The translations under genes were made by a program, and so were the position numbers. Below the pieces are notes generated by a model. It made no database searches, was not told where the DNA came from, and saw nothing but the letters and a program-made list of their open reading frames with translations. A DNA stretch of 64,000 nucleotides. It comes from the human T2T-CHM13v2.0 reference genome, Homo sapiens. The stretch is taken from assembly GCF_009914755.1 (NCBI RefSeq), contig NC_060937.1; one strand, given 5' to 3'. The stretch's first letter is position 1; every line of letters begins with the position of its first letter. Shown piece after piece: positions 1 through 13,455 of the stretch.

Positions 1-899
1 AAATTGCATGCAGCATATGTGGATGGGATCCCTGCAGACCATGACATCACCAGACAACATTCCAGCTGCAGAGAAAGGTCTCAGTGTATCAGAATCACAA
101 ATTAAAAACTTCCATTACTGAGTATCACACCCACTGAGTCATTAGAGAAGATGTAAGTCTTAAATGTCAATAACTAGGCATTCAGGATATTTGCTTTTCC
201 AGTCAGTCAGTAAAGCACCGTATTTGCCCTTGAGAGGGAGCAGATGGCTTGGCACAAAGGTGAAATAAAAGACTATCTAAGATAGATGATCTGAGTCTTT
301 GACACAATTCTCAAACTCTTTGAGGTCAAAGTTTTGTGGTGGTAAAATGTCAAATTCAGAAGATCTTTTTCTGTTTTGTTTTCCATTACTGCCGTGTGGG
401 ATTCTTCTCAATGAGTCTGTTCACTTGTATTATTCCAAGATCTCTTTTTCCTTGCTGCTTATATCATTATTTTTCACCCATTTCCATGCCTTTATCACCT
501 ACTACTTGGATTATTTCAACAACATTAGAATTGATTTTCTTGATTCTACCCTCTCCACTTTCATATACTCTGTTCTTTCTGCTATCAGAATTATCTTTAA
601 GAAATACAGTGATTATCATGCCTGTCTCTTCTCTCAGACTCTTAATAGCTCTTTCTTGTCAATAATTATGATCTAAAATGAAATGGAAATGTACCCCTCT
701 TGCCATTTCTATTTGTATTTCAGCCCTATCAGAAGGATGAATTTATCCTGAAGGTTTCCAGCTCTTTGGGTTTGGGCATCCTACGTTAGTAGCTTGGAAT
801 GCATTTGCAGTCCATGATACACTTGCCTCTAGAAAGCTTGCTGTCCCTAAAGCCTACCTCATGGCAAAGATACCCTTGATAAATAGCCTTATGAGTGAT

Positions 900-1145
900 A
901 ATAGCAACCATCATCTATTGCTTTCTAAAATGCTAGGGATCATACACTTGGCTAAGTGCTTCACATGAATTGTCTTTATTTGAGCTTTACAATCCTTCTA
1001 CTGAAGACATTATTTATATTTCTATTTTGTCAATAAGAAAATAAAATTTTGGAAATATTAATGATCTGTCCAATAATTCATGGCTCATCAGTGGCAGAGC
1101 CAGGACTTACATTCATGTGTTTAATATTAAGGCACTTGTTGCTAC
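900..1145 (-). mobile_element. MIR SINE remnant
   Basis: Degenerate antisense MIR motifs (ctaagtgcttcacatgaatt; agtggcagagccaggactt). Boundaries approximate. Confidence 0.6.
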
Positions 1146-1404
1146 CATAGAAATCTATTTATGCATCTATAAACATATTCTGCCTCCCCTGCTTGCCTCT
1201 TATTGAATGTGTACAAGTCTGTCTGTCTTTCAAATTAACTGTCTACCCTAAGAAAAAGAGATGGACCTCTTTGTTCTCCCATGATTGGAAATATTATTCT
1301 TAATATATTTTAGTGAATTAAATGATCCACATCTCTATATAATCCCATAACTAAATTCAATCTGAAACTGTCATATACTGTCCTTTTTTATCCCCATTGT
1401 TAGT

Positions 1405-1540
1405 TATGCAACAGATATTATTGTCCCATTTAACAGATGAAAAAAGTAAGGCTCAGAGACAAAAGATCCTGTCCAAATTCACATAGTAAGTGGTTGAACA
1501 AGGATTTGAGTACAGCTATTAATGCTCTGTCATCTACTCT
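1405..1540 (-). mobile_element. MIR SINE remnant
   Basis: cccattttaacagatgaaaaaagtaaggctcagaga matches the antisense MIR core. Confidence 0.7.
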
Positions 1541-1774
1541 GAGCTTCCTTTTATTGCAATATGAAGATTATACACATTGGAAATAATCTAGATATTAGAC
1601 TAAACCTCTGAGCTCTCATTAACATGTTTGGCTACCTAAGATTGGAAGAATAATTGGCTCCTTGAGACTCACAGAATAATACTCACAAAGTAATACCATC
1701 AAGTACACAAGGCTTAAAAATAATAATTTCCTAAATTATTTTTTCATTTGTTTATTTGGTCAGAAGGATCGTGC

Positions 1775-2207
1775 TTTTCTTTCAACCCTGGACAAATATT
1801 GTGCCATTTCCTACTGGTTTCTATGGTTTCCTGTAAGAAGTCTGTTGTCTTTTGAACTGTTTTGTCCTTAAAGGTAAGATGTCATTTCTTTCTTATTGCT
1901 TTCAAGATTTTTTCCTTGCCTTCAGTTTCCGGAAGTTAGATTGTGATGTGTCTTGGCATAGATTTTTCGAGTTTGTCTTATTTGGGGTTCACTCAGGTCT
2001 TGAATTGTACATTTTTCCCTTTTGCCAAATTTGAGAAGTTTTCAGACATTCGTTCTTTGCATGCATTTTTAGTGCTACTCTCTTTCTTCACTCCTGAAGT
2101 GGAAGTGACACAAATGTTAGATGGTTTTTTAGTCCTACACGTTCATGAGGTTCTGTTCACCTTATTTTAGCATAATTTCTCACAGTTGTTCACACAGGGC
2201 AATTACT
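1775..2207 (-). mobile_element. Old L1M (L1MC/L1MD-type) ORF1/5' region, left part
   Basis: Antisense old-L1 ORF1-type text (ttttgccaaatttgagaagttttcag). It resumes after 8301, i.e. it was split by the L1MA insertion. Confidence 0.65.
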
Positions 2208-3134
2208 TTTTTCAATTTTTAAAACAGCATTTTTTTTTGTACCAATGTATAGGGTACATAATAAATTTGTTTCATGTATATAATGCATATTGTTCAAGTC
2301 AAGGTATTTAGGGTATCCATTACCTGAATACAGTACATTTTTGTCAAGTACAATCACTCTACAATCAAAAACTGAATTTATTTCTTATAGCTTACATATG
2401 TTTGTATCTTTTAAACCAATTATCATTATCCTTCCTAACCTCCCTCCACTCACCCTTTACAATCTCTGTTATTTCTTTTCCCACTCTCTACCTCCATGTC
2501 ATCAAACATTTCAGCTCCAAAATATACGTGAGAACATGTGTTATTTGTCTTTTTGTGCCTGGCTAATTTCATCTAAAGTAATGACCTCCAATTCCATCCA
2601 TGTTGCTACAAATGACATAATTTTGTTCTTTTGTATGGCTGAATATTATTCCATCATGTGTATATACCACATTTTCTTTATTCATTCATCCACTGATGAA
2701 CAAACAGGTTAATTCCACATCTTTGCTATTGTGAATGGTGCTGCAGTAAATATGCGAGTGCAGGTATCCCTTTGATTTACTGATTTCTTTTCCTTTGGAT
2801 AAATATCCAGTAGTGGGATTGCTGGATTGAATAGTAGTTCCAGTTTTAGTTCTTTGAGAAATGTTCATACTGTTTTCCCCTGTGACTCTACTAGTTTACA
2901 TTTTCACCAACGGTGTATAAGAGTTCACTTTCTTTGGATCCTTACATACATCTGTTATTTTCTTTCTCTTTTTAATAATAGCCATTCTGAATGGGGTAAG
3001 ATGATGTCTCATTGTGGTTGTGATTTTCATGTTTCTGATTATTAGTGATGTTGAGCACTTTTTTAATATACTGTTGGCCATTTGTATTTCTTCTTTTGAG
3101 AAATGTTGTCTCTTCATGTCCTTGCCCACTTTTT

Positions 3135-4155
<1,021 letters not shown>

Positions 4156-5052
4156 TTAATGAGATATTTTTTATTGAGTTTTTGGTTTCCTTCTATATTC
4201 TGGATATTACTTCTGTGTTGGATGAATAGTTTACAAATATTTTTGCCCATTTTTCAGGTTGTGTTTTCAGTCCAGTTATTTTGAATTTTGCTGAGCAGAA
4301 GTTCTGTAGTTGAGTCTCATTTGTTTATTTTTGTTTTTACTACCTGTGCATTTGAAGGTTTTGTCATAAATTCTTTCCTTAGCTCAATGTCTATAAGAGT
4401 TCTCCCTAGGTTTGCTTGTAGTATTTTTGTATTTGGGGGTCATACGTCTAAGTCTTTAACCCATTTGTTGAGTTGATTTTTGTATGTGGTGAGAGATAGG
4501 AGTCCGGTTTCGTTATTCTACATGTGACTATCCAATTTTCCCATCACCATTTGTTTAAAATAGTGTCTTTTCCCCAGTGTAAGTTCTTGTTGGCTTTGTC
4601 AAAGATTTGCTGGCTGTAAATATGTGGCTTTATTTCTGGGTTCTCTATTTTGTTCTGTTAGTTTAGGTATCCATTTTATACCAGTATCAGGCTGTTTTTT
4701 GTTTAGTTTTGTTTTGTTTTTTTACTGTAGGCTTGTAATATATTTTGAAGTCAGGTAATGTAATGCCTCCAGTCTTGTTCTTTTTGCTCAGGATTGCTTT
4801 GGCCATTCAGGCCCTTTTTTGGTTTCATATGAAGTTTAGGTTTGCTTTTTTTCAAATTATGTGAAGAATAAGGTTAACATTTTGATAGGGAATGTGTTGA
4901 ATCTTTTGATTGCTTTGAGAAATATGGTCATTTATAGCATTGTTAATTATTCCAATCCATGAGGATGGGGTGTTTTTTGAATTGGAATTGTTAGTGTCAT
5001 CTTGAATTACTTTCATCAGTGTTTTGTAGTTTTCCTGCAGAGATCGTTCACC

Positions 5053-5403
5053 TTATTGGCTAAGTATATTCCTATGTAGTTTATTTTTATTTGTTGGAGT
5101 TATTGTAAGTGGGATTGCCTTCTTCATTTCTTTTATGGCTAGATGATTATTGGTGTATAAAAATGCTACTGATTTTTGGACACCGATGTTGTATCTTGCA
5201 ACTTTACTGAATTTATATATCAAATCTAAGAGTTTTTTGGTGGAGTCTTTAGGTGTTTTCAGGCATAAGATTATATCATTAGCAAAGAGGGATAATTTGA
5301 CTTCTTCATTTCCGGTTTGAATGTCTTTTGTTCTTTTCTCGGCCTGATTGCTCTTGCTAGGACTTTCAGTAGCATATTGAACAGGAGTGGTGAAAGCGGA
5401 CAT
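5053..5403 (-). pseudogene. Decayed L1 ORF2 reverse-transcriptase fragment
   Basis: [30 protein letters not shown] matches L1 RT around the FADD catalytic motif, here mutated to FAND. Confidence 0.85.
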
Positions 5404-6152
5404 CCTGGTCTTATTCCAGTTCTTAGAGGAATGACTTAATTTTCACCATTCAGTATAACATTAGCTGTGGTTTGTTGTATATGGTCTTTACTGTTATTAG
5501 GCGTATTCCTTTTATCCCTGGTTTGTTGAGAGTTTTTATCATGCAGGTATATTGCAGGGATGATTTATCAAATTTTTTTCTGTGTTTACTTAGGTGATCG
5601 TATGGTTTTTGTGTTTCATTCTGTAGCTGTGATGAATCGTGCTTATTGATTTGTGTTTGTGGAATCATCCTTACATCCTTGAGATAAGTCCCACTTGATC
5701 GTTGTGTCTTATCTTTTTTAATGTGCTGTTGGATTCAGTTTGCTAGTATTTTGTTGAGGATTTTTGCATATATTCACTGGGCATATTGGTCTGTAGATCT
5801 TTGTTGTTGTCGTTATTTTTGGTTGTGGTATCAAGATGATGTCGGTTTCATAGAATGAGTTATGAAGAGCACCTTTCTCTTCAATTTTTTGGGAATACTT
5901 TGAAAGCAGTTGGTATTAGGTATTAGTTTTTCTTTGTATGTTTGGTAGAATTGGGCTGTGAATCCAACTGGTCTTGGGCTTTTCATTGTGGGGAGACATT
6001 TTTATTACTAATTTAATGTCACTACTTATTATTGGTCAGTTCAGATTTCTATTCCCTACTGATTCAATATTGGTAGATTGTGTGTTTCCAGGAATTTATT
6101 CATTTCCTCCAAGTTTTCTAGTTTGTCAGTGTATAGTTGTTCATCTGTGATG

Positions 6153-6536
6153 CCATGAAATACTCTGCAACCATAAAAAGGAATGAGTTCACATTCTTTG
6201 CAGGAAAATGGATGGAGCTGGAAGCCATTATCCTCAGCAAACTAACACAGGAACAGAAAACCGAACACTGCATGTTCTCATTTATAAGTGGGAGCTGAAC
6301 AATGAGAACACATGAACACGTGTAGGGGAACATCACATACTGGGGCTTGTTGGAGGGTGTCAGGGGAGGGAGAGCATCAGGAAGAATAGCTAAAGGATTC
6401 TAGGCTTAATACCTAGGTGATGGGTTGATCTGTGCAGCAAACCACCATGGCACACGTACACCTATATAACAAAACTGCACACCTTGCACATGTACCCTAG
6501 AACTTAAAAAATAAAAATTGAATAAAAAAGAAAAAG
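6153..6536 (+). mobile_element. L1PA12/13-like 3' end inserted in the L1MA
   Basis: gggagagcatcaggaagaatagctaa...gggttgatctgtgcagcaaaccaccatggcac followed by an A-rich tail. Possible TSD tctgtgatg (6144-6152) / tctgtaatg (6537-6545). Confidence 0.85.
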
Positions 6537-8301
6537 TCTGTAATGGTCTTTTGTATTTCTGTGGCATCAGTTGTAATGTGTCCTTTCTCATTTCTGATTT
6601 TGTTTATTTTGGGTCTTCTCTCTTATTTTCTTTGTTAGTCTAGGGAGCAGTTTATCAATTTTGTTTAAATTTTCAAAACACCTACCTTTTATTTTGTGGA
6701 TCCTTTGTATTTTTAGTCTATTTCTTTTAGTTATGCTCTAATCTTTATTAATGTCTTTTCTTTTGCTAATTTTGGGTTTAGTTTGTTCTTGCTTTTCTAG
6801 ATATGCATGTGTGCAGTAGTGTACTCTCTGTATGATTTCTTCGGCTGTAAACAACATTAGCGGCATCTGTGATTTTCTCGATGGGTTAGGATGAGGTTAT
6901 TAGTGGAAGTTGTGGAGAAGTTGTGCTGGGAAGTAGGATTCCAGGTGGGCCAGTCTTCAGGCCCTAGCAGTGGTAGCAGTGGGCTAAATGTGCCTATGTT
7001 TTTACCCCAGAGTGGCGTGCACTGGCACCTGTGTTGGTGCTTATCGGCAGGTCAATTCTTGGGCCTTCGTGTGGCTTTCTCAAGTGCAAACAGTGTTCAT
7101 TGTTGTTGGCAGTGGCTTCCGAGGAATGAGCGGGCCAGTTTCCAGACCTGAAGGTGGCATTTGCAGACAGGTGCTAGCTAAAGTTGTTGCAGCCAGAAGT
7201 TTACGCCCAACCCTAGGACCGTGAGAGGAGTGCTCAGGTGCCTAAGGATGGGTTTGGGTCAGGCAATCCCCCAAACACCAGGCTTTGCGCTCTGTCTCGA
7301 GGATGGGAGTGGCGAAGCTTGACTGAGTGGGCTTATTTTCAAGCTCCCCAAAGGTGAGAGCAGACCCCAGCCTTGGTGGATGACAGTGAGGCAATCCTCA
7401 GACTCCAGGCAAAGTGCTCAAGTTGCGGGCGGTAGCAACCACACTGAAGCCCTGTTACTGGAGAGGGTAAGGCCATCCTTGATGTCCACAGCCTGTGTTG
7501 GTGGGTGAGAAACACACAAGCCTCTTATGTCCCAGTCTCAGCAGAGCTTGCCCTGGTGGTGGTAACCCATGCCTAGCTAGCACCCCTTGCCTGGCTGCGG
7601 GGTCCCCCACCTCCCTGTTGATCAAGTCCCAACAGCACCTCACATTCCAGTTGCATCCCCCTCTCAGTCCCAGTTGTGGTCACTTCCCAGCACTGTCAGC
7701 TGCAGCCTATGCCTCACTTGCTTCTTAGCCTTGGCTACAGGAGCACTCTTAGCTCACCCCCCAGTCTCAGTAGTGGCAGCCTGAGTTTTTGTAATGCCTT
7801 GGTCCCAGTACTTCTGGGTCCCAGGACAGTGGGCAGTTGGCCAAAAGCCCAGCTGGACAGTGGCACCTTGCTGTAGCTGCTTAGGCTTAGAAAGGGTGTC
7901 AGATACAGCATGAGCTCCCTCTTTGGAGTAGTTTTGTCCTACTGTCTTCTGGAAGCTCCTTATGTTAGTTTCAGGATTGGAAGGATTAAGGGGTTGTCCT
8001 GTTGCCAGGACTGCATGATTCCATGGTGAGGATGTGAGTGGCTTGGAAGTCCCTCACTCATTCCTTCCCTGTGTTTGGAAGTAACTGTTGGTTCCCAGTC
8101 AATCCTGGCCAGGCAGGCCTCCTCTCTTCCTTCTCCTTCCCTGCTTTTGGTGTTTCCTGTCACTTCTCCGTTGAAATCCAGCATGGTCTTTCAGATAATG
8201 TATTCTAAGTGTGACTATCTACATATTATTTTGGTTCTTCTAAGTGGAGGAGGTGGACATGAAATGTGTCTAGATAGCTATCGTAAGCCCTGCCCCCATC
8301 C

Positions 8302-9386
8302 TCAGACTGGGTAATTTCTATCTTTTGTCCTCAAGTTAATTTTTTATTTCCTATGCCTTTTTTATTCTCCTCTTGGATTCGTTCTTAGAATTTTTAATTT
8401 CAATTGTGTATTTTTCAGTTCTAAAATATTCATTTGTTTCCCCTTTATGTTTTTATTTGGTGACACCTTCTGTTCTTTGGTGGGTCTTCAAACATGATTG
8501 TAACTGTTCATTGGATTATGTTTATAATTGCTGCTTTAGAAAACTAGTCAGATAATTCCTTCATCTGTGTCATCACAGCATTGGTGTCTGTTGATTGTCT
8601 TCTCTAATTTAATTTGAGATTTTTCTGCTTTTTGGCATGATACATGATTTTCTATGTATGTTGGACATTTTGAACATTAGGTCATAATATTCTGGATCTT
8701 ATTTACAGATACAATTTTAGCAGTCCTCCTTCAACACCATGCTGGCAGTGGAAATAACCTCATGACTGCTGGGTGTGATGATAGTTCAGGCTTCCCAGAA
8801 TACCTTTGCAGACACCACTTCAGCTAAGATTGGAAGAGGGGACTTATTACTGCATCCCATGTGGTCTCCACTGACACTCTGGGTGTGTGGGGTGGGTCCT
8901 TGTTACTGCCAGACAGGGATGGAAATCCTTATTCCCTCTAAGCCTTTTTAAGAATTATGCCAGTGTGGAAAAAGAGGAACCTTAGGACAGCAGGGTGAAG
9001 TTGGAAGTCTAGGCTTTCAATTTGGTCTTTGACGATGGTGATAATAACAGGGCACGCTTGGTTCACGGTGTTTGGGTAGAGTGTCTATTCTCTGAAGGTT
9101 TACTGTCTTAGATAGATGTGCCTTTCTTGGTCCTTTGCCTAGAAAGAGCAGCTTCCTTTGGCATTTTTCTTTTTTTTGTCTGTGCTCGTTGATGTTTGTA
9201 GATTATTGGCTTCCTCAGCAGCCAGCATGGAATGCATTAGGCAAAATGTAGACTCAGGAAAATAAATACAGGCTAACTACCCTCTCTATCTTTCAGAGTG
9301 TTCTTAACTTTGTTTTATATGTAATATGCAGAGTTTTAGTTAGGGAGAAATGTATCTACCCTATTATGTCTGGAGACTAGAATCGT
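8302..9386 (-). mobile_element. Old L1M (L1MC/L1MD-type) 5' region, right part
   Basis: Continues the 1775-2207 segment (ttgtgtatttttcagttctaaaatattcatttg). Ends in an L1M 5'-terminus-like motif near 9386. Confidence 0.6.
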
Positions 9387-9402
9387 ATATAGTTACAGCA
9401 AC

Positions 9403-9955
9403 CTTTTTTTTCATCTCCAAAAGTTTATTGTTGTATGTCTCAATAGTTCATTGCTTTTTATGGCGATCGAATAGTGGGTCTATGTATCACTTTTTTTTTT
9501 AATTATTATACTTTAAGTTTTAGGGTACATGTGCACAATGTGCAGGTTAGTTACATATGTATACATGTGCCATGCTAGTGCGCTGCACCCACTAACTCGT
9601 CATCTAGCATTAGGTATATCTCCCAATGCTATCCCTCCCCCCTCCCCCCACCCCACAACAGTCCCCAGAGTGTGATGTTCCCCTTCCTGTGTCCATGTGT
9701 TCTCATTGTTCAATTCCCACCTATGAGTGAGAATATGCGGTGTTTGGTTTTTTGTTCTTGCGATAGTTTACTGGCACTATTCACAAGAGCAAAGACTTGG
9801 AACCAACCCAAATGTCCAACAATGATAGACTGGATTAAGAAAATGTGGCACATATACACCATGGAATACTATGCAGCCATAAAAAATGATGAGTTCATGT
9901 CCTTTGTAGGGACATGGATGAAATTGGAAATCATCATTCTCAGTAAACTATCGCA
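9403..9955 (-). mobile_element. L1PA2/3 insertion with 5' inversion and 3' transduction
   Basis: TSD agttacagcaac (9391-9402 / 9956-9967). In order: T8 at 9404-9411, non-L1PA segment 9412-9490, T10 at 9491-9500, L1 3' end on minus to ~9773, inverted L1 segment on plus 9773-9955. Confidence 0.93.
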
Positions 9956-10059
9956 AGTTACAGCAACTTTAACAAATATAAGTTATTTGAATTAGTCCAT
10001 TCAAATGCTATAAATTAGAGTCATATAGTTAGAATGGAGTAGAGGAGCAAATCTAAGTC

Positions 10060-11090
10060 TAAGGTTGTCCTAACATTTAAGTGTTTTCAGAAAAGGAATA
10101 ATCAATGATGGAGACTGAATACAAATGTCTAGAAAGGAAGTGGCTAAAACCAGAATAATGAGGCATCATGGAAACCAAGATACATGTGTTTTTCATGAGT
10201 GCAGGAATGATCAACTGTCAACAGTGCTGAAATATTGAACTAGCATAAGCACTAAGAATTGACCATTGTATATTAATTAACAGAATTATTAGTGATCCTA
10301 TCAGAAACAATTTTGGAGTAGTAGGCTTGGAAACATTTAAATGGCTTAAAAACTGAATGTCAAAGGCAAAACTATTAAGACAGTAGAAAGATGAGTGGTT
10401 GTCAGGAGTTAAGGGAGGGGAAGTAATAGTAATAGTTCAGCAGAGCACAGAGGACTTTTAAGGCAGTAAAATTATTCTGTATGATACTGTAATGGTAGAT
10501 ACATGTTATTATACATTAGTCAAAACCCACAGAATTTAAAACACCAAGAGGGAACACTCATGTAACTATGGATTTTAGGTGATAGTGATGTGCCAGTGTA
10601 GGTTTATTGACTGTAACAAATGAACCTCTCTGGTGTAGGAAGCTGATAGTGGAAAGTCTGTGAGTACGTGGAGGAAGGCAGCATATAAGAACTCTACTTT
10701 CTGCCCAATTTTTCAGTAAAACTCAAGCTACTTTAAAAAATAACGACCATTTTTTAAAGAAGCAAGTACATTTTAAATACAGCCTTTTAAAGGAAAAAAA
10801 GGTATATAATATTGAGGAATTTGAGAAAGAAACCAAGAAAAATGAAGTGGTGGCCAGAGGAAGAAGTGGGGTCCAGGGAAATACCCTCTACACAAAAGAT
10901 GGCGTCAATTAAAGCAGAACATAGCAGAGAGGGAAAAATTGAACATGTGTAAGAGGAACACAATTTCAAAAAAAAAAAAAGGCTTGAGTAAGTGAAAAGG
11001 GATAAGGTTTAAGGGCATGAGAGAGGAGGCGTAAGTTTGGAGAAAGAACTTCAGATAGAGAGATAGGGATAGTCTCTTATATGGGAAGTC
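10060..11090 (-). mobile_element. L2 remnant split by an L1MC fragment
   Basis: Antisense L2 motifs (atcaactgtcaacagtgctg...aagaattgaccattg) at ~10060-10360. Purine-rich continuation after ~10790. Confidence 0.5.
10365..10750 (+). mobile_element. L1MC1/2-like 3' end
   Basis: cagagcacagaggactttt...ctgtatgatactgtaatggtagatacatg...gtcaaaacccacagaa is a typical L1MC 3' UTR. Confidence 0.8.
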
Positions 11091-13305
11091 ATAGCAGTGA
11101 TACTTCAAGAGAAGAACTTTATTGAGGACGTATCTTTATCATTTATCTTTCAAGTTATTGGTACTCGAGACCATTTTGCTGTTATATTTTCAAAATCATG
11201 GAAGCTAAGAACTTGCCCTGGGAGTCAGATAAAAAAACAAGGGAAGTTCTCCTTCTCTAGAGTCAAAATCTAAATCAGGTTCAGACTTGCTATGAAAATG
11301 AAACAATGTCACAATAATAGTTTTATATCCAAGAAATAAAATTTTCTTCAAGAGTGTAAACAGATATTGGCATATTTATAATGCACTGTAAATGACAGAA
11401 TTCCAATAAACTATTTTTATTTCCTTTGAAATGCCCCTAAGGAAAGAACAGACATTTCTACATTGTGCTCATTAAGAGCCATTTACCATATTTAGCTTTT
11501 GGTAGACCAACAACAATTAGCTTCTTTTTCATTCTTGACAGTTTTAAATTTTGTGAAACATAGTCATTCATATTTATTAACTACCTAAGCTATTACTTTT
11601 CTCAAAAGAATTTTTCTATTTCCTTTCCCTACTCTACAATTTTGGTCAAAAGAATGAACCCTATTAAATGCAAGAACAATAGACAACCTTATTGGTTATT
11701 TCAATGGCAGATAAGTTAGTCAGTTTAAGGGAATGAAGTGCCAGTTCAGCTGTGAAGTGGTGTGATGTGATGCTGGAAGCTTCTGAACATATTTTATGCT
11801 TGACAGTAATAATATTGAATTAATATGTCTCTGCAAGGCTTAGAAAATCTGGTTCAAATTTAGCCCAATTTATCAAGGTTTGGCAGAGTTATAAGAATTA
11901 ACAAATCATGCTGTGACTTAAAATTAGCATTATGAATATTTAGGAGCTGTTAAAACTATGGGCTAAATATATAAAATGTCACTGTCACCATATAAAAACA
12001 TAGTTTCAAACGTTAAGAGAGGAAGGCTTATTACAGTCCAATATGGTACCAAGTTTAGCATTTGATTTTACTTTTGAGATCAATGTCTATATAAATGTTT
12101 TCTTTTTAGTGGTAAAATGTCACGCACATCTGCTGCAAATATACGAGCTCAGGATCTCTTTCTGTCCCGCTATCAGATCTTCCTTTACCTCCCTTTGCCA
12201 TTTAGGGAATAAATACTGACACTTCATTCTAACAAGCAGAAGAAAGTCCTTCCAGAGACTCTCTCTCCTCTGTCCTACTGTAGGCTCCATGGAGAATCTA
12301 AAGGTTCTATTCAGTTGTTTGAGCCACAGATGATTAAAAGTGAAAGTATATTTTTTGACAATTAAATCTCTGACATATATTTGTCTCCTGAACATCAACG
12401 TATCAACACTTTAATAGTCAAAAATTATAAAACTTTATTTTCATTTCACTTCTTTGGTCTATAATTTAAAATAAAAAAATACCAACATGTGTAGGATGCT
12501 TTACTTTTAAGCAAAATGAGGTCAATAAATTGAATGGTGTGATAGGTGAGTGGTTATGTCCATAAAGAGCTTGTTAAAAGGTAACTTACGATAGGTAACA
12601 GGGATTGACAAACTTGTGGAAAGCTGATAACTTAATTTTTAATGAAAAAATACTTTTAAGTGCAGTTTTATTCTCAGAAAGTGTATTTGTGTATTTATAA
12701 GGGCAAAAGTGAGGCTATTAAAATATTTGTAGCCAAAAAAAATTGTTTTGTTTCATTCTGATTGGCCGGCATTTCAAGCAAAGCCTTTTCTCCTTATCCA
12801 GTAGGGATTACCTAGATAATTTGAGTTTTCATTTCACATTGTAAGCATTGTTTAAATACTGAAGTGATGTTTTAAGCACAAAAGAAACACTCCTAGTTAT
12901 ATTTCATACCTTGAAATTTGTAGGTGGCATCCATTGAAAATGAATCTTTAAAGTTACTCTTTAGAAATACAATTGATGAGCAACTTTGCATCAAAAAAAG
13001 ACAAAAATTAAATAAGATCAAGTAAGGCAAAATAAGAAATAATATACTATTAGAAATGTAGTTTTTAATAAGATAGAGTAAATTGATACCAATTTTACTA
13101 AGAAAATCTCATTTTTCTGAAATTATCAAAACATGATAATGAATAAAACCCAGTTCTAGTGAGTGGATAGCAACATGTGTAAGTAAACAACAAAACAAAC
13201 ACCAAAACAACCTCTTCATAATCCTTTCAAGTAATAGCCAGAACAGTTCTGACACATTTTTTGAATGTGTAATGGGGGCGGGGGGTGCTGGGGCTTAGCT
13301 GATGT

Positions 13306-13455
13306 GGGGGAAGTAGATTTTCTCTAATTGCCCTGGATTAAGGTGTGCCACATTATGGAGAAGGGGGAATTGGGTTCTCTCTAATTGCCACATTATGGAG
13401 AAGGGGGATGTAAGTTCTCTCTAATGGCCTTGGATTAAGCTGTGCCACATTATGG
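13306..13455. repeat. Imperfect tandem triplication (57, 40 and 53 bp units)
   Basis: Units start with ggggga at 13306, 13363 and 13403. All share tctctaat...tgccacattatgg. Confidence 0.9.

Noticed and set aside
299-676. 125-aa hydrophobic ORF and similar F/L/S/I-rich ORFs elsewhere
   Set aside because: Composition reflects T-rich DNA. Starts are mostly non-ATG and there is no recognisable domain.
6801-8301. GC-richer stretch with several ORFs, suggesting a gene promoter or exon
   Set aside because: Explained as the 5' UTR of the L1MA element. It is CpG-depleted and not an island.
9672-9995. 107-aa ORF resembling a novel chimeric protein
   Set aside because: Read-through across the L1 inversion junction (antisense 3' UTR joined to sense ORF2). 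No true start codon context or promoter.
13306-13455. Repeat-spacer-like pattern suggesting a CRISPR array
   Set aside because: Only three contiguous tandem units with no unique spacers, no cas genes, and primate genomic context.
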